Positions 50,861-63,736 are shown, numbered from the stretch's first letter. The stretch: 64,000 nt of DNA from Neoechinorhynchus agilis (GCA_051530055.1 CM121341.1:11820784-11884783); one strand, 5' to 3'. Program-made: numbers and translations. The notes: generated by a model from the sequence alone, not told the origin.

Positions 50861-51259
50861 GGACCACCACACTGGCCCAATCATCAACCGATGAGGCATA
50901 AAAATCGGTGCGGTGACTTTGCATTTCAGAAGAGCCTTCCTGATCCCATCCACTCGAGTTGAAAATGAGGGGATATCTCCAATGGATTATAGACCGCGGA
51001 ATCCTGCAGAGCCTGCGTTTCGAAAGAGTGCATTTCATCAATCATGAGACTAATTATATGATTTACTCTATTGTAAGTAAGAAGGCTGGAATTCGTCTCC
51101 ACAATATTAAAGGAATCGCCCAAGAGGAAGGGTAAAATTGAGCCGACTCATTTGGTTTAAAAATGCACTGTGCGTGTCATCAATAATAATAAATATATAT
51201 CACAAACACACACGTGATAGCGTTCAACTTATCAATTATGGAGACTTAGTTGTTAATTT

Positions 51260-54209
51260 TTAGAGTTGTAGCCAGTAATTCATCCTTTTTACCAATTCCA
51301 TCTTCTCTTTTTGTCTAACGAATGACGCGTTTTGTAGCAGGACCTCAGCGAATATGGGCCGCTGTTCGGGTGGACGACCGCGACTAAAAAAGGTTAGGGC
51401 AGATATTGCCCATGTTTTCCAGATAAAATATTGTTTTTTATAGCTCAGTTGCAGCCTCAACGCTCTTGTACAGTAACGTTTGGCAGTTTTTAAAATTCTT
51501 TTAAAATGTTTCATGTCTAAATTTTCATTCAATTTTGCGTTGAAATTGTAACCTAAAATTTTATTTTTATTAAAATGTAAATTACCAACGTTGTTGGTTC
51601 GATCTAAAATACGTAAAAATTGATTTTTAATTATTAAATTAAGTTTCTTATTTACATAATTGATGCCAGTTACAGCCATAATATTGGTTTTGTTAGGGTT
51701 CAGCCCGATGCCCATATGTGCTGCATTCCTATTGATAAAAGCTAACAATTCCTTCAGTAATATAGGTAATTCCCAGGGGTTATTGGTAAATAAAACTGCA
51801 CTTATATCGTCAGCGTATATAAAAATGGTAACACCGTCCGTATAAAAATTGGCTATAAATTGCATAGCTATTAGAAATAAAATGGGGGATAGAATGGAGC
51901 ACTGCGGTAACCCTTTTTTAGGATAGAAGATTTTATGATCCTCGTCGTCCTGGAAGTAAAAGGGTTTGGTGGCTAGAATATCTCTGATACGAACTACAAT
52001 GTCCTGTGGGAAGTTTAGAAGGACCATGTAGTGCATTAAAAATTGCAGATCAATGTTGTCATATACTGCGGTGCAATCGAATGAAATGAGGCAGCGATAC
52101 CTAAAATTTTGACATATGGAGTCATAGATAGTTCTCGTTGCAGAAGTTACGGATCTCCCTTGGTAAAAACCATGACAGTTTTGGTTGATAATATCCTTTT
52201 CAATGCAGAATTCCATCAAACGGGTGGCAATAGCTTTTTCATAAAGGGATACTAGGGCGTTTTGAATGGAAATTGGTCTGAGATCTGAAGAGGAATTGAC
52301 CGCCTTCTTTTTCGCTTTTACGAGAATTCTCCGTGCCAGATTAATACCCAAGAAACGATTAAAGGTCGGATTGAAAGTTCTACGTATCTTAGGCATTTAC
52401 TAGGTGCACAGGCATTATTCTATGACATCTTTATCATACTTCTTCAGGCTTTTAAAATATCATCCATATGTAAGCCTCCTTTATTTAATGATCGCATCAT
52501 TTGTAGGTAAAACATTTGGTGCTCCAAAAGAGAGTTTGTCAATAATATCGTCTAAAACCACCTTATACGATGAAGACCTGATCCATCTTAAAGCTTTGAT
52601 TTTCCATTTTATAAATTTCGAGTTCTTCAAGACCCGCCAAAAGGATTTTGTAGAAGAGGAAAGATTCTTCATTATTTTACGGTGCTGGTTCAAATGCAAA
52701 TTATAATTGTATGCCCAGTATTTATTTGACCAAAGTTTTTGCATAGGAGCATCCTGATGTGTATTAGGTTTTATAATTTGGGATGTACAGTATTTAAGAT
52801 ACTTGAAAAATGATTGGGGATAGATAGAAATTTGTTTTAGAAATTAAAAAGTGAAGAATTCCAGTCCTGGCGATTCAGAAATTTGTAAAGAGAACATTTA
52901 ATGGCGAAATTGAAAAAAGCTACATTCAAAGGCGAGCAAAGAAATCTACGACTTAATGACTTGTCATTAGATATGTACCAGGTTATCAGATCATGAAAGC
53001 ATGCTTCCGATAAAGCGCACTTTTTACAACTGTAATGCTTTCCTGACGGTTGGACGGGGTATAGCATCCATCCAACCAAGAGTGAACATTACTCGGTAGC
53101 CTGTGAAATGTGTTAAGAAAACATGAGAGCCCTCTCTATTGGCTATAGCTTTCGTCCATTTACCTGAAGGGTCGTTAAAGTCACCAAATAAAATGATGTT
53201 GCCCAGACTTAGAAGGTTACTAATGATATCCTCCGTATCTTTCTTATGAATAAACTTAGGACGTACGTAAATGTTGCCAAGCAGCATAAATTCCTTTCCG
53301 TTGGCATGAATTTTAAAGATTGCAAAAGATAGATTTTCACTAATGTAATTTTGGATCAGCGACGCTTAAAGATGTTTTTTAAAGATTGTTAAGAGACCAC
53401 TAGAATGTGCATTTAAGGGGAATGTCGGGAAGACATCGTAATTTAGTAAAAACTTGCGGTATAACATAAAAACCTACTGCAGCCTTTTTGGCCTCTTGAA
53501 TACAGATAATATCTTCGGTAATGTAATTAAAAATAAAGCAGTGTAAGTTAAACGGCGTTGGCGAGGACGCACTCATTGTCATTCTACAACATCCACCACA
53601 ACGTCAGAGTCGCTAGTGATGAGTTTGTTGTTTCCTATATTGGTCGAGCGGCGTGAATTTTTACCGCCCGCTTTAGTAGCTTTCGTTGGTAGTCTTTTAC
53701 CCCTGTATGGATTGGTTGTAACAGGCGGGTTACTACTGACCTTATTCAAATCTCACGTTGTTCGGTTATCGTTAAGCGGTGCCGAATTTATAACGGCGTC
53801 CGGAATCGTGATCGCTAGTAAATTTTGTATTTGTTGAGCGAATTGATTCTGTAGATTATTGAAAAGTAAAGATATACGATGAGTGGCATCATGTAGGACT
53901 TTATCGAAAATCTTTTGGCATAACTCCTCTTCATTACATACGGGTTGGGATGGAAGGCCGGCGTCAATCGTAGCCGTAATTTTTCTCGTCTGATGGGAGA
54001 TTGCTGAAGGGGTGGTCCTTAAAATGTTCGGATTTCTTTTCATTTCTGAGTATTTTTTCCATGCATCCACGTAGGCTTTAAGACATGGACATCCTTTGTA
54101 ATAGCTTCGGTGAGATCCACCACAATTGACACATTTGCTCGTCTTATTGGTGCAAGAAGACATATGGTGATCCTCAGCACAGAAGCAACATTTTTGGGTT
54201 CTATTGGGA
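51260..54209 (-). mobile_element. APE-RT LINE family A, 5'-truncated within the ORF1 zinc knuckles
   Basis: CCFCAEDH..C, CVNCGGSH..C; IICIQEAK and LFGDFND; RT 51260-52396 with RPISI, GFYQGRS, LPQCSILSP, YADD. Confidence 0.88.
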
Positions 54210-56613
54210 GCGAGAGATTATTAGTGAAAGTATAAACTAAAATATCAAGCTTCTTATAAGCAGGGTCGAAATCTAACCCAAAAAATCCTTGAAATAATCC
54301 CGGATGTTCTTCTTACCCACTCAAGATTTAGATTTGATTAAAAATTTCGTCTAACCAAATAGATCCCATATTGTACGTATATAAAAAAAAGTCTTCTTTT
54401 GATTCAAAGAGAAACAAGAGAACCCAAAACTTAATCGACTCCCGACCATCGATTGCCTTAGCCATAAAAAGTTGTCTGCCATACAGGGAGAGTACTTTTG
54501 GTTTCTCTATTTTCGACCCGATACTTCTCGTGACCGGTGTTAAAATCGAGTCACTAGCTGTGGCCACAAATTCATTTAAATCCTTGAGCTGATCAAAAGC
54601 GCCAAAAGTGAAAGCAAAATTTATGGCAGCGTTAAAGATGTTGATGTTAAGTGTACTAAATTTAAATTTACGGCACAAAAGAATATTTCGTCCAAATTCC
54701 CACACTAAGATATCGTGTCTAGCAATACGGAAAATTGATGATTGAGAACCAGTTTGGGTTTAACGAATGAGTTACTTCGAGCAAGACACAAGTCTGGAAG
54801 GGGACAATAAGGTCACGGGTATTATCCGAACGTAAAATGGCCTTTATCCATTTGTGAGAAGGGCCGTTGAAATCTCCGAAGCAAAAGTCAATTCCGGATG
54901 CTAAAACATTTTTTATAAGATCTTTATTATGAGTGAGGTGTATTTTCCTAGGTTTAATATAGAAATTACCTAAGAGCAATTTCCTCCAATAGAAACGTAT
55001 TGAAAATAAAGCGTAAGATAAATCTGGGGAAGCAAACTCGGAAATTAGGGTTGGTTGGAAGCAAGTTTTAAAAATGGATAATAAGCATTGAGAGTAGTTT
55101 AAAAGGGGTTTTGTACAAAATAAAGAATATTCACTAGATAAAATATTAAAACTATTCGGAAGGTTGTTAAGAGAGTACAGCGACTTAGTTTCTTGGATAA
55201 AAGTAATATCACTTCTCTGTGCTTCAGACAAAAGGCCAGGAATACCCAGAAGTCCGCCTGCGTTCCACTGCGCAATTCTCAATTCCATTGAGACCTACCC
55301 TTGATGAGATTTTGGACCCCGTCAGCACAAACCTGGGTTTATTCGCTTATGATGTTGCTCACGAGCTCCTCGGTCTCTCGTACATATCCACATCGTCTAC
55401 ACCTTTGCTACTTGAAACCAGTGCTCGGCTGCGTTTGCAGGGTGCTGGAGCTACCCCGGTCGCGATCTGAATATCTTTGAATTTTGTCGTGAGAGTTTCG
55501 ATGAGACCGTTTAAGTGGGTAGACAGTCTTCTCTCAAGACCCTGAATGGCCGCGGTGATTCGTAGATCGACCATGTCGAGGATTTTAGCGGAGAAATCAG
55601 GCAACTTCTTTTCCAAGGTGTCAATCTTTGGATGTACCCAGTTGTTGCATTGGGTATGTTTTTATGGTTGCAATGGTTGTTGCAGACCCTCTTATGGATT
55701 TGTCCTTTGTCGTATTCCAACTCTTCTGGGCAACTCGAGTGTCGGATGAATTATTTACCTTGGATCCAAGCAGTCTCGCCCACACAACATATTCCTTAAA
55801 TGCTTTACAATTCTTCGAGAACGCACAATGTCCATCTCGATCGCTGTTTGAGCAGTGGCTTTTCTTTTTCTCACATTTGGTACTGTGGTGGTCTTGGCCA
55901 CAAAAAGCGCATAGCGTGACCTTGGACGGGCACCTCTGCTCCCAATGTCCCCAACATTGACACCCACTGCACCGAGGAAAGTAATAGTCGTCGTAACGCG
56001 AAATCTCGTTTGAAGTAAATTTAACCTCCATGGATTGGAAGAAGGATCGCTCAGTGCATAGTGCGTCCCTCCGTTCGACCGCAGCTTTTACAATAGCTTT
56101 GGGAATAAAATTTCCCGTTCTTGATGACTTGAGCAAAAAGAGCAATTTGACTCCGAATTTTTCCTCGAACGCTATCTTATCTGCGTCATCAATATCTGGA
56201 GAGAGCCCAGAAACGATAAAGGTTGATTCATAACTTGTGTTCGAAATCGTCACACCTGCAAGGTTGCAGTTTTTCTTGATGAAAGCCAGATAAGCCTTCA
56301 TAAAATCCGCTGCTATAAACCTGATTTTCAATATTCCTCCGAAATAGCTGATAGATGAAATGCGATGGATATCATTCTTAAAGGATTTGAACCGCTGCGC
56401 CAGATAACGTCAGTGTAGCTCTTCTATGGGTTGTATTGGATTTGCTTCGATTCTTATCGTATTGGGCCATCTTTTAGAAGGCACCTCCACGAAATGCTTA
56501 CTATTTTGATCGCTGAGAAGTTGACTCCGAATGTCCGGAGGCACGGGAATTCTCAGAACATTGGGTAGCCGTTCGCCACCCTCCACCGCAACAGCTTGTT
56601 GCGTACACATATC
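54210..56613 (-). mobile_element. LINE-B copy: 5' end, ORF1 with three CCHC knuckles, APE, linker, internal deletion at about 54428, short RT piece
   Basis: Direct repeat of about 437-2387; CSGCQCWGHWEQRC and CAFCGQDHHSTKC present. Confidence 0.88.
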
Positions 56614-56619
56614 GGTTTC

Positions 56620-57291
56620 CAACGGCCAGGTATACCCTGAGGGACGAACCATTGGAGAAGCCACGGACCCAGCAAGTATAAAATCAATGCTGCAGTAAAC
56701 ATCTTCAAGCGAGCCATAAAAATACGCTATAAAGAAGGCATTGGGTCGAGGGAAGAGCATGACAAAAAGTGATGGTAGAGACGATTTGGAGAAGAAATTC
56801 ATTCGAGCTCAGTTCATCTCAACGAGGATGGGCAACATGCTGACACACATTTTCAGAAAACAGAGGTCGACGACTCTGGTTCCCTACTATCCGTCAGGAC
56901 CCAAACTGAGCGGGATATTGAAAGTGAAACCATCACAGCTTATGGAAAATCTATGCGTGGTATATTCGATACCCTGTAAGGATTGCGACCAGGACAGACA
57001 AAAGAGGGGATGCGAAAAAGAGTCAAGCAACATGAGTATCCGCTACGACGAAGTCTCGTGTCGTCAGCTTTGTTCAACCACGCTTTCAACAACGACCACA
57101 CAATCGATTTTGAAAACGTGTGCGCAAGGATGATCGAGAGGAACCTACAGAGCAGGTTGATAAAAGAGGTTCTGCTTATTTACATGGAGGACACAATGGA
57201 AGGGACCAAGAGCAATCATTCTCTAAGACTTCCGACGAGGAATCTCCATGGGTCTTTTGCGCAGGGGGTGAAACATCTCCTCGGGGATTGA
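56620..57291 (+). mobile_element. Penelope-like element 3' part: RT thumb and GIY-YIG endonuclease (frameshifted)
   Basis: HWRSHGPSKYK....IFKRAIK; VVYSIPCKDC..GQT...KRVKQHE..SALFNHA...H.IDFENV....R.IKEVLLI. Confidence 0.85.
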
Positions 57292-57353
57292 TGGTCCCGC
57301 GCACCCGAGTCAAGGCTACCAACTAAGGTACGCTCGCCATATCCATTTATAGA

Positions 57354-57389
57354 TGCTTGAGAAGGAGGATGAGGCCTCGAAAATTCGCA
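57354..57389 (+). ncRNA. Minimal hammerhead ribozyme (U3-A8 variant) in the Penelope 3' region
   Basis: UGC-UUGAGAA-G-GAGG-augagg-CCUC-GAAA-AU-UC-GCA; all three stems can pair; lies 62 nt after the GIY-YIG stop codon. Confidence 0.85.
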
Positions 57390-57559
57390 AGATTGATTTC
57401 AATAAAACTCGAGTGTGTAACAATTCGCCATTGAAAATACACATCCACTCGAAGGAACAATTGGATGGAATAAGTATATATAAGTATAAAGTTCACCAGT
57501 AACGTTTGAAAGCTGCTGCTATGATCGCGAATAGATGTCAGTGTTGTCCATAGAAGCGC

Positions 57560-58070
57560 GATCACACTTAAGAGAATCCTGGCGAGAACTGGACATCATT
57601 AAACGCCTTAAATACGTCGAGCGTTGTCACTTATGTCTATGGAAACAAATGAAAGACAAGATTCGATTTGCATTTGGAGAAACTTGGTCTATGGAATGAC
57701 CTACGAACGATGTTTGGCCGATGGCATTCGCGAGTTAATCTATAGACAAGCAAAAATGAACGGCCTTGGCGTCAGTGTTTGACGGAACACGTTCGCAATG
57801 GATTGAATCAGGACGCAAAATCATGGCCACGCCATGGGCAATACCCACTCAGAGTGTCATAGCGATGCTGAAGTAAAACTCGCTGCAAGTTGGGCCAAGG
57901 ATCCGGTGTAATTATCTATTGCCGAGGTACTGCCTATATTCAGGACGGATGGTAGTCTAAGGGATGGTACTTCCACAGACAATGCGATGGAGAGCTCCGA
58001 AGATCAACTCAGCAAAGCCATAGAACTGCTCAACAGACGGGCCAAACTTTCCGCTTTGATGTCGCCTCGT
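57560..58070 (+). mobile_element. Possible degraded RLE-type LINE RT C-terminal remnant
   Basis: LIYRQAKMNGLGV resembles the ..Y.P...GGLG motif; many stops. Confidence 0.3.
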
Positions 58071-58352
58071 TAACACACTTCACATCTTCACACGTCGTTG
58101 TTGATTCTCGAAGAAGCCGTAAGACGGCGAAAGCTCGGAAATAAAAATTTCCTTTTTCTTTATCTTTGCAACAGAAGCTAAATCAATAATGCGGCTGGGT
58201 ATCCAGTTCAATTTCTACCAATGTTAGATCAAGATCGCAATATAAAAACTAGTTATAACCGTCCAAATAAAACGACTTTTGATCAACAAAAAGAGTTTAT
58301 AAACATCCACGCAAGCGCTCTGGATCACTTCCTGGAGTAATGTTCGAAAGGA

Positions 58353-58680
58353 GGGACGCAGAGTTTCCCAGTTGCAGAGTCACACTTTGTTTTGCAGGAG
58401 AAATGCTCCAGATCTCGGATCGTCAATGATTCGCCTGAGTCTCTTGGATAATTGACTGGCCAAATCCTAAACCGCAGTACCAAACTACCCGAGTGTATCG
58501 ACACCAAAGGGAACGAAATAATGATTTTTCACCCATTTCCCTCTGCGATCCTCAGCGGCGGCAGCTGCTGCCCCCTGGTTTAATAGTGGCGAATTTTATG
58601 TTGCTGGCTGCGAATGGCGTAACAGAGAAGGCATTTTCCTTCTCGCCATGGGAATACTGTGACACCGTCCGGTATACGAC
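58353..58680 (-). mobile_element. CRE-like non-LTR retrotransposon RLE endonuclease remnant
   Basis: RPDGVTVFPWREGKCL; AAAAAE...YFVPFGVDTLG...RL....DPRSGAFL; LQLGNSAS. Confidence 0.75.
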
Positions 58681-58984
58681 CATCGAGGAGACAATTATTG
58701 CTCGGCTCTAGGATGTTGAGATGCTGGACACATTCACAGTTTTCAGGAAAATATAAAACAATTTAAAACGATTTTAAAATTTGGTAAACGCTACCGTACA
58801 AGGGCGTTGAAGTCAAATCTTAAGAATAAAAAACAATTTCAAATATGGAAAACTTGGGTTATTTAAACCGTAGCCTCTTTCAGTCGCGGTCATCTGCCTG
58901 AACAGTGACACACTCTTGGTGAGGTCCTGCTACAAAATGCATCATTCGTCAAAAAACGGATAAATATTAACTGATCAACAATTT

Positions 58985-59736
58985 AAATAAATGGCTCTAT
59001 TACAATACAAAGAAGAGGACCCATGTACCTTTGGATTCTCATAAACACACAGACATTTTGATGGGTTTTTTGTATGTTCGTTCGAGTGGGAATGGTCGGT
59101 CTTGGGATGTCCGTTCGGGTGGGAATATCAGGTTTTGCAGTGTAGATATGTGAAGTAGCGGGGAATATGATGTCCGTTCTCGTGGGAATTGGCGGATATT
59201 GTTTGCAGGAGCGCTTGTAAGGTTGGTCTTTCCTCTGGTTCATTTCTGGTCATGATATCCGAGAAGATTGAGCAGTGTTGAAAAAGGAGCGATGACACAA
59301 TGAGGTGCGAGGTATAGGAGGGTGAAACGAATTACGATTACGAGTGTTGTGCTCGAATGTAAAGGGAGCGATATGTTGAAGAAATTGTGGTGGTAGGGTT
59401 GAAAGGCGTTTTGATTGTTTTATGAAAATAGCATCAAGGCATTCGGTGAGATGGCTAAAGTCAATTGTACAAATTTTAGATGCTCTTTTATAAAGAATTT
59501 CACGACGACGGATTTGTTGAGATTTGGAAAGGTTGCAGAAGACGGGATAACAGTAGGTGATGGATGGTAAGATAAAGCAGAAGCAAAATTTGTAGAGGTC
59601 GGGTGAAGGGATTCCTAAATGTCGCAGGCGTTTGAGGAGATAAATTTTAAAGTCGATGTGCTTGAGGGAGAGAGTGATGTGCGAGTCCCATTTCAAATTT
59701 GATAGAAATTTGATACCCAGAATTCTCAGGGAGGTT
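58985..59736 (-). mobile_element. LINE-C 3' fragment (RT C-terminus and 3' UTR)
   Basis: LLKRLRHLGIPSPDLYKFC..YKRASKICTID matches about 14400-15130; same 3' UTR repeats. Confidence 0.85.
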
Positions 59737-61020
59737 TGAGTTAATCATTGCTGTTGCATCTAAAAGTGCACATGTGTAATTAATAAATTGTTATTATTAT
59801 GGGTTGTACGCGCAGTTTTCATTTTAATAAACCTTCAATTAGTTCAATTTATTTGAATCCATAAACAACGAAGCCTCTGAGCCTGACACTCTCCAAATCT
59901 ATCCCGACAAACCGGGCGACGCTCTTCACTGCACTCATTGGAAAAGAAGGTCGAACTTCAGTTCAAAGACCGACTAGATATCCTTCAATAACTGCCGCCA
60001 GACCGAATCGCAATCAGTCGGTCAGTACATAAAAGTACTAGCATTGCTCAGTTAGGAATGTATTTCTCAAGCTCCCTCAGCTTCGAAACACTAGAACCTA
60101 ATAATATGAGATGCGTTTGTCACTTGTCTCAATTCCTAATTTAATCGCCAGAGAATTTACAACAAAGCCCAATTTCTCGAAATAGCAAAAATCCAAGCAG
60201 CGAGCGGCACACAAATCACTTAAAAAGTCAGCTTGCATTCAAATGAATCAGACAATGAGGGCTACAGGAAATAGTTGCGTGTTTTGTATTAAACCATTAC
60301 ATTCTGGACAACATTGTTCACAAAAATAACGGTGTATGACACACTTGCTTTCGGAAGGGACATTATTCGTGAGCATGTAGACCACGTAGCGTATTTGGCT
60401 CAAATAAGGCCAGCCCTGTCTTTTCCGATAAACCAGACCTCAGTAATCTTACTTCCATGCCAGCATCTACATTGAAATCGAATAAGCTCCGAAAAACCGA
60501 AATTGAAGTATAAGGAGCATCTGTCAACCAATTTTTACTAACGAACTCTCACTGCGAAAGAAACAGCATTACAACATTCACTTTTATCTCGAAACAATTT
60601 TTAATTGAATTAATAAAGACTTATTAAATCAATCGAAATATATACATTCGTCTTTAAAGCGGTCTCCCTCGGGTGTCGACAAACGACCTAAATAACAACA
60701 TATCTTACCACACCCGAATGCAATCCTCAATGTAATTCGTAAATTTTTTCGAGATATTTTAGGCTTTACTTATATAACACGTTAGTTCATTCACACTACC
60801 GCCTTTCTGGATCACTTAGCTTCCGTCCTGGTGAAACTGTCGAAAAGACAGGGTTAATTAATTGATTTTTTGTTTTTCACACCCCATCTATTGCTGACGT
60901 ACGTAACAGCAATAAACATGAAAGAATCGTAAATAACGTCTTAAAGCGAAATTTCGATTTTTTTCTATAATCTAATTATTCTTTCCAAATCCGCATTACC
61001 CATACGTTATGATTGTTCGG

Positions 61021-61260
61021 TAGCTTCCTTGACAGCCGCGTTTGATCGCTGCAGCAGGAAGCTGCTGGAGCGCATGTCGCCGGTGGCATGTTTTAGCATC
61101 TTTCCCAGCTTGGAAAGGAAATAATCGGCTTCTTTTGCGAGACATCCTAGAGTTGCCACCTCAATCGGGACGAACATATATTGATGCCCATTGAGCGAGG
61201 AGTACTTATGCCGCTTCTTTTCCTCGCTGAAGCTTGCGACTGCTGCCGTTTTTGAGGTGG
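61021..61260 (-). mobile_element. Second CRE-like RLE C-terminal remnant
   Basis: EEKKRHKYSSLNGHQYMFVPIEVATLG...FLSKLGKML..ATGD.RS.SFLLQR. Confidence 0.7.
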
Positions 61261-62598
61261 CATCCCGTTAAATGAATTCTTTCGTGTTTTTAAACGCCGT
61301 AGTCTTAGAATTCAAGATGACACACAATTAGCAACGATTGTTTTAGCACATTATTTATCTGCTAGAAACTCAACGTTGAAGCATTATACAATAAACGCGA
61401 AAGAATCGTCAATAGAGGTTGAATCAATTAATGATTCCTGTCGATCATAATCATATGCTTTATGTGTTCCATGTGAAAACCATGGGTTGGCAAATTTGTT
61501 ACGTATTTGTGGTTTATTCTGCAAGCCTACGAATTAAACGTAGTACTTTTATGATCGTGGTGGCATTAAAATCGACTTTGTAGGAACGAAAACAAGTCGG
61601 ATGCCACTATTCTGTTAAGATCAAATCAAATCCTTTTTCTAAATTTCAATATAATAATTGTGCGCAAATCGATTTCACTTTATGGTTGCACAAAAAATTG
61701 CAGTGATAAGACTTCACAGAGAAACGGGACGGAGGGGTGCGTGAAGATTATGAACTGCAAGTTTTTGTGCGACCCCGAGAAGGGAAAAAACATGAAAAAA
61801 GTTGTTGTTGGTCTATGATAAATTGTATTTTTGAAAATTGGACACTAAATTTGCGGAGTTTTTTTTGAAATACCTTTTTGTACATATAGTGATTGTTAAA
61901 TGGCGTTGAGTTGTCCGTTAAAACCTTTACCTTTAAGTGTTGATCTCATCCAAATTAATTCTGATAAATCCTATGAATAAATGGAACGAAACGTTCTTTT
62001 TTGTAAACTGTATTTGATTTTAAAGAAATCAACAAACTGAAGTTAATCGCTACCTCTCAAAAAGGACCTAAAACTCATTTTTTTGCGGGATACTTCCATT
62101 TATAGACTGGTATTTAAGATATTTTTTAAATCGCTATTTTTTTTGAGAGCTACTCTTTCATTTACACACACAACAACAAAACGCTTCAACAATCACCACC
62201 GTCCATGAAGAGGAGGCATCGCTCTCCCCTCAGTGATCGCGACCACACTCGCTGCGTTTCCTCTTCGGATCGCGAGTGCCGAGCTACCGAGCGCACCAAG
62301 AGTCTCCACTCCAAAGGGTATAAAAACGTGAGACCTACTTAATTCTTTATATTTCGCCACCTTTCGGCCCTTGGGGACTGCACCACAAACCTATTAAGAA
62401 AAATTGTATCATTTTTCGCGATTTAAAAAAATATATTAGATGCTTTGGACATTTTGTGAAAATTCTAATAAAAAGAACAGCTACAATGATGTTTCGACCA
62501 CAGAAAGTTACTCAATTTAAGCAAAGTTCTCCAATGAGCTTTTTGTGCGCAAAAAATATGAACTCGGCACTACTTGAGCAACGAAAAACACATCTTAC

Positions 62599-62775
62599 GA
62601 ATTATTGTTTACAGTTCTTCGCCCGGTAAATATTCTTTTTATGGAAAAGCGTTCGACGAATCTCGTCGCATTCATTATCAGTTTGTTGAAGGTCTTTTAA
62701 TACCCGACGAGGTTCGCAGAATGTTTTTCCACAAAAAATAATATTTACCGGTTGAAGACTTGTAAGCAATAATTC
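62599..62775. mobile_element. HH-A palindrome, second near-complete copy, about 210 bp upstream of WDR33
   Basis: Termini gaattattgttta / taagcaataattc; internal cccgacgaggttcgcagaa shared with 9925-9943. Confidence 0.75.
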
Positions 62776-62988
62776 CTCAAGCTTTTTGCTTTAAAAAGCG
62801 TTGGTGAGGCGTTTTCATGTTCAAAAATCTTTGTTTAATTTATATCGTGACTAAAAAGAAATGCGGGCCTTTCGCTTCTCGGTTTCAAATAAACCTTACA
62901 CACGAAACTTTTACGAAAGACTTTGTGTATGTGTAATAAAAAGCTATTTGATTATTGTTCTTTTCAGAGTTTTGTTACTAAACTCTAA

Positions 62989-63736
62989 ATGGCTCATACC
63001 AGTCCAGGTGGGTTGTTCTCTCCAAAAAATAAAATCTATTTCATTCAGTTCAATTCGCGAATCCGAATGTGCCGATCCATGCGCAGCTCCAATATCAATC
63101 CATCCAGAACCAGCAGCCATACTACCACTACAGACCTCAACTGCGTATGCCTCAACCAGCGACTGCGCCGGCTCCTGGTCAAGTCGGTTTTGACGGACGA
63201 ATGCTGCGCAAAGCGATGGCTCGTAAGACAGTGGACTACAATTCAAGCGTAGTGAATTACCTTGAGAACCTCGGATTTTGCCATGGTCAAACAGAACTCC
63301 TCGAGCCGGATATTTTGTTTACGCCAGATCTGGTGCCTCCACAAGCCATGATGGATCAACCTTGCAACTGCGTGATGACCAAATTCATTCGTCCTGCGAC
63401 GAATAAGAATCGATGCCCGATTTTCTCAGTTTGTTGGACACCAGACGGGCGACGATTGTTAACAGGAGCATCCAGTGGCGAATTTACTCTTTGGAATGGA
63501 CTTACTTTTAACTTTGAAACCATTCTTCAGGCATGTTTTTAAATTTTTGTTATACTTAAAGTTTATTTCTTTGCTATATTTAAGGCTCATGATGCATCTA
63601 TTAGATGTATGAGATGGTCTCATAACGAACAATGGTTGCTTACTTGTGACCAGACTGGACACGTTAAATATTGGCAATCGAATATGAACAATGTGAAGAT
63701 GATTAACGCCCATAAGGATGCTGTGAGACAATTGAG
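62989..63736 (+). CDS. WDR33: Pre-mRNA 3' end processing protein WDR33 (Pfs2), 5' exons (62989-63007, 63049-63530, 63585-63736); continues beyond
   Basis: [59 protein letters not shown]^[22 protein letters not shown]. Confidence 0.95.

Noticed and set aside
61961-62000. ctgataa-a-tcc...gga-ac-gaaacgtt hammerhead-like string
   Set aside because: C3-A8 mismatch, only a 3-bp stem II with extra bases, and no stem I; could be a very old remnant but is not supportable.
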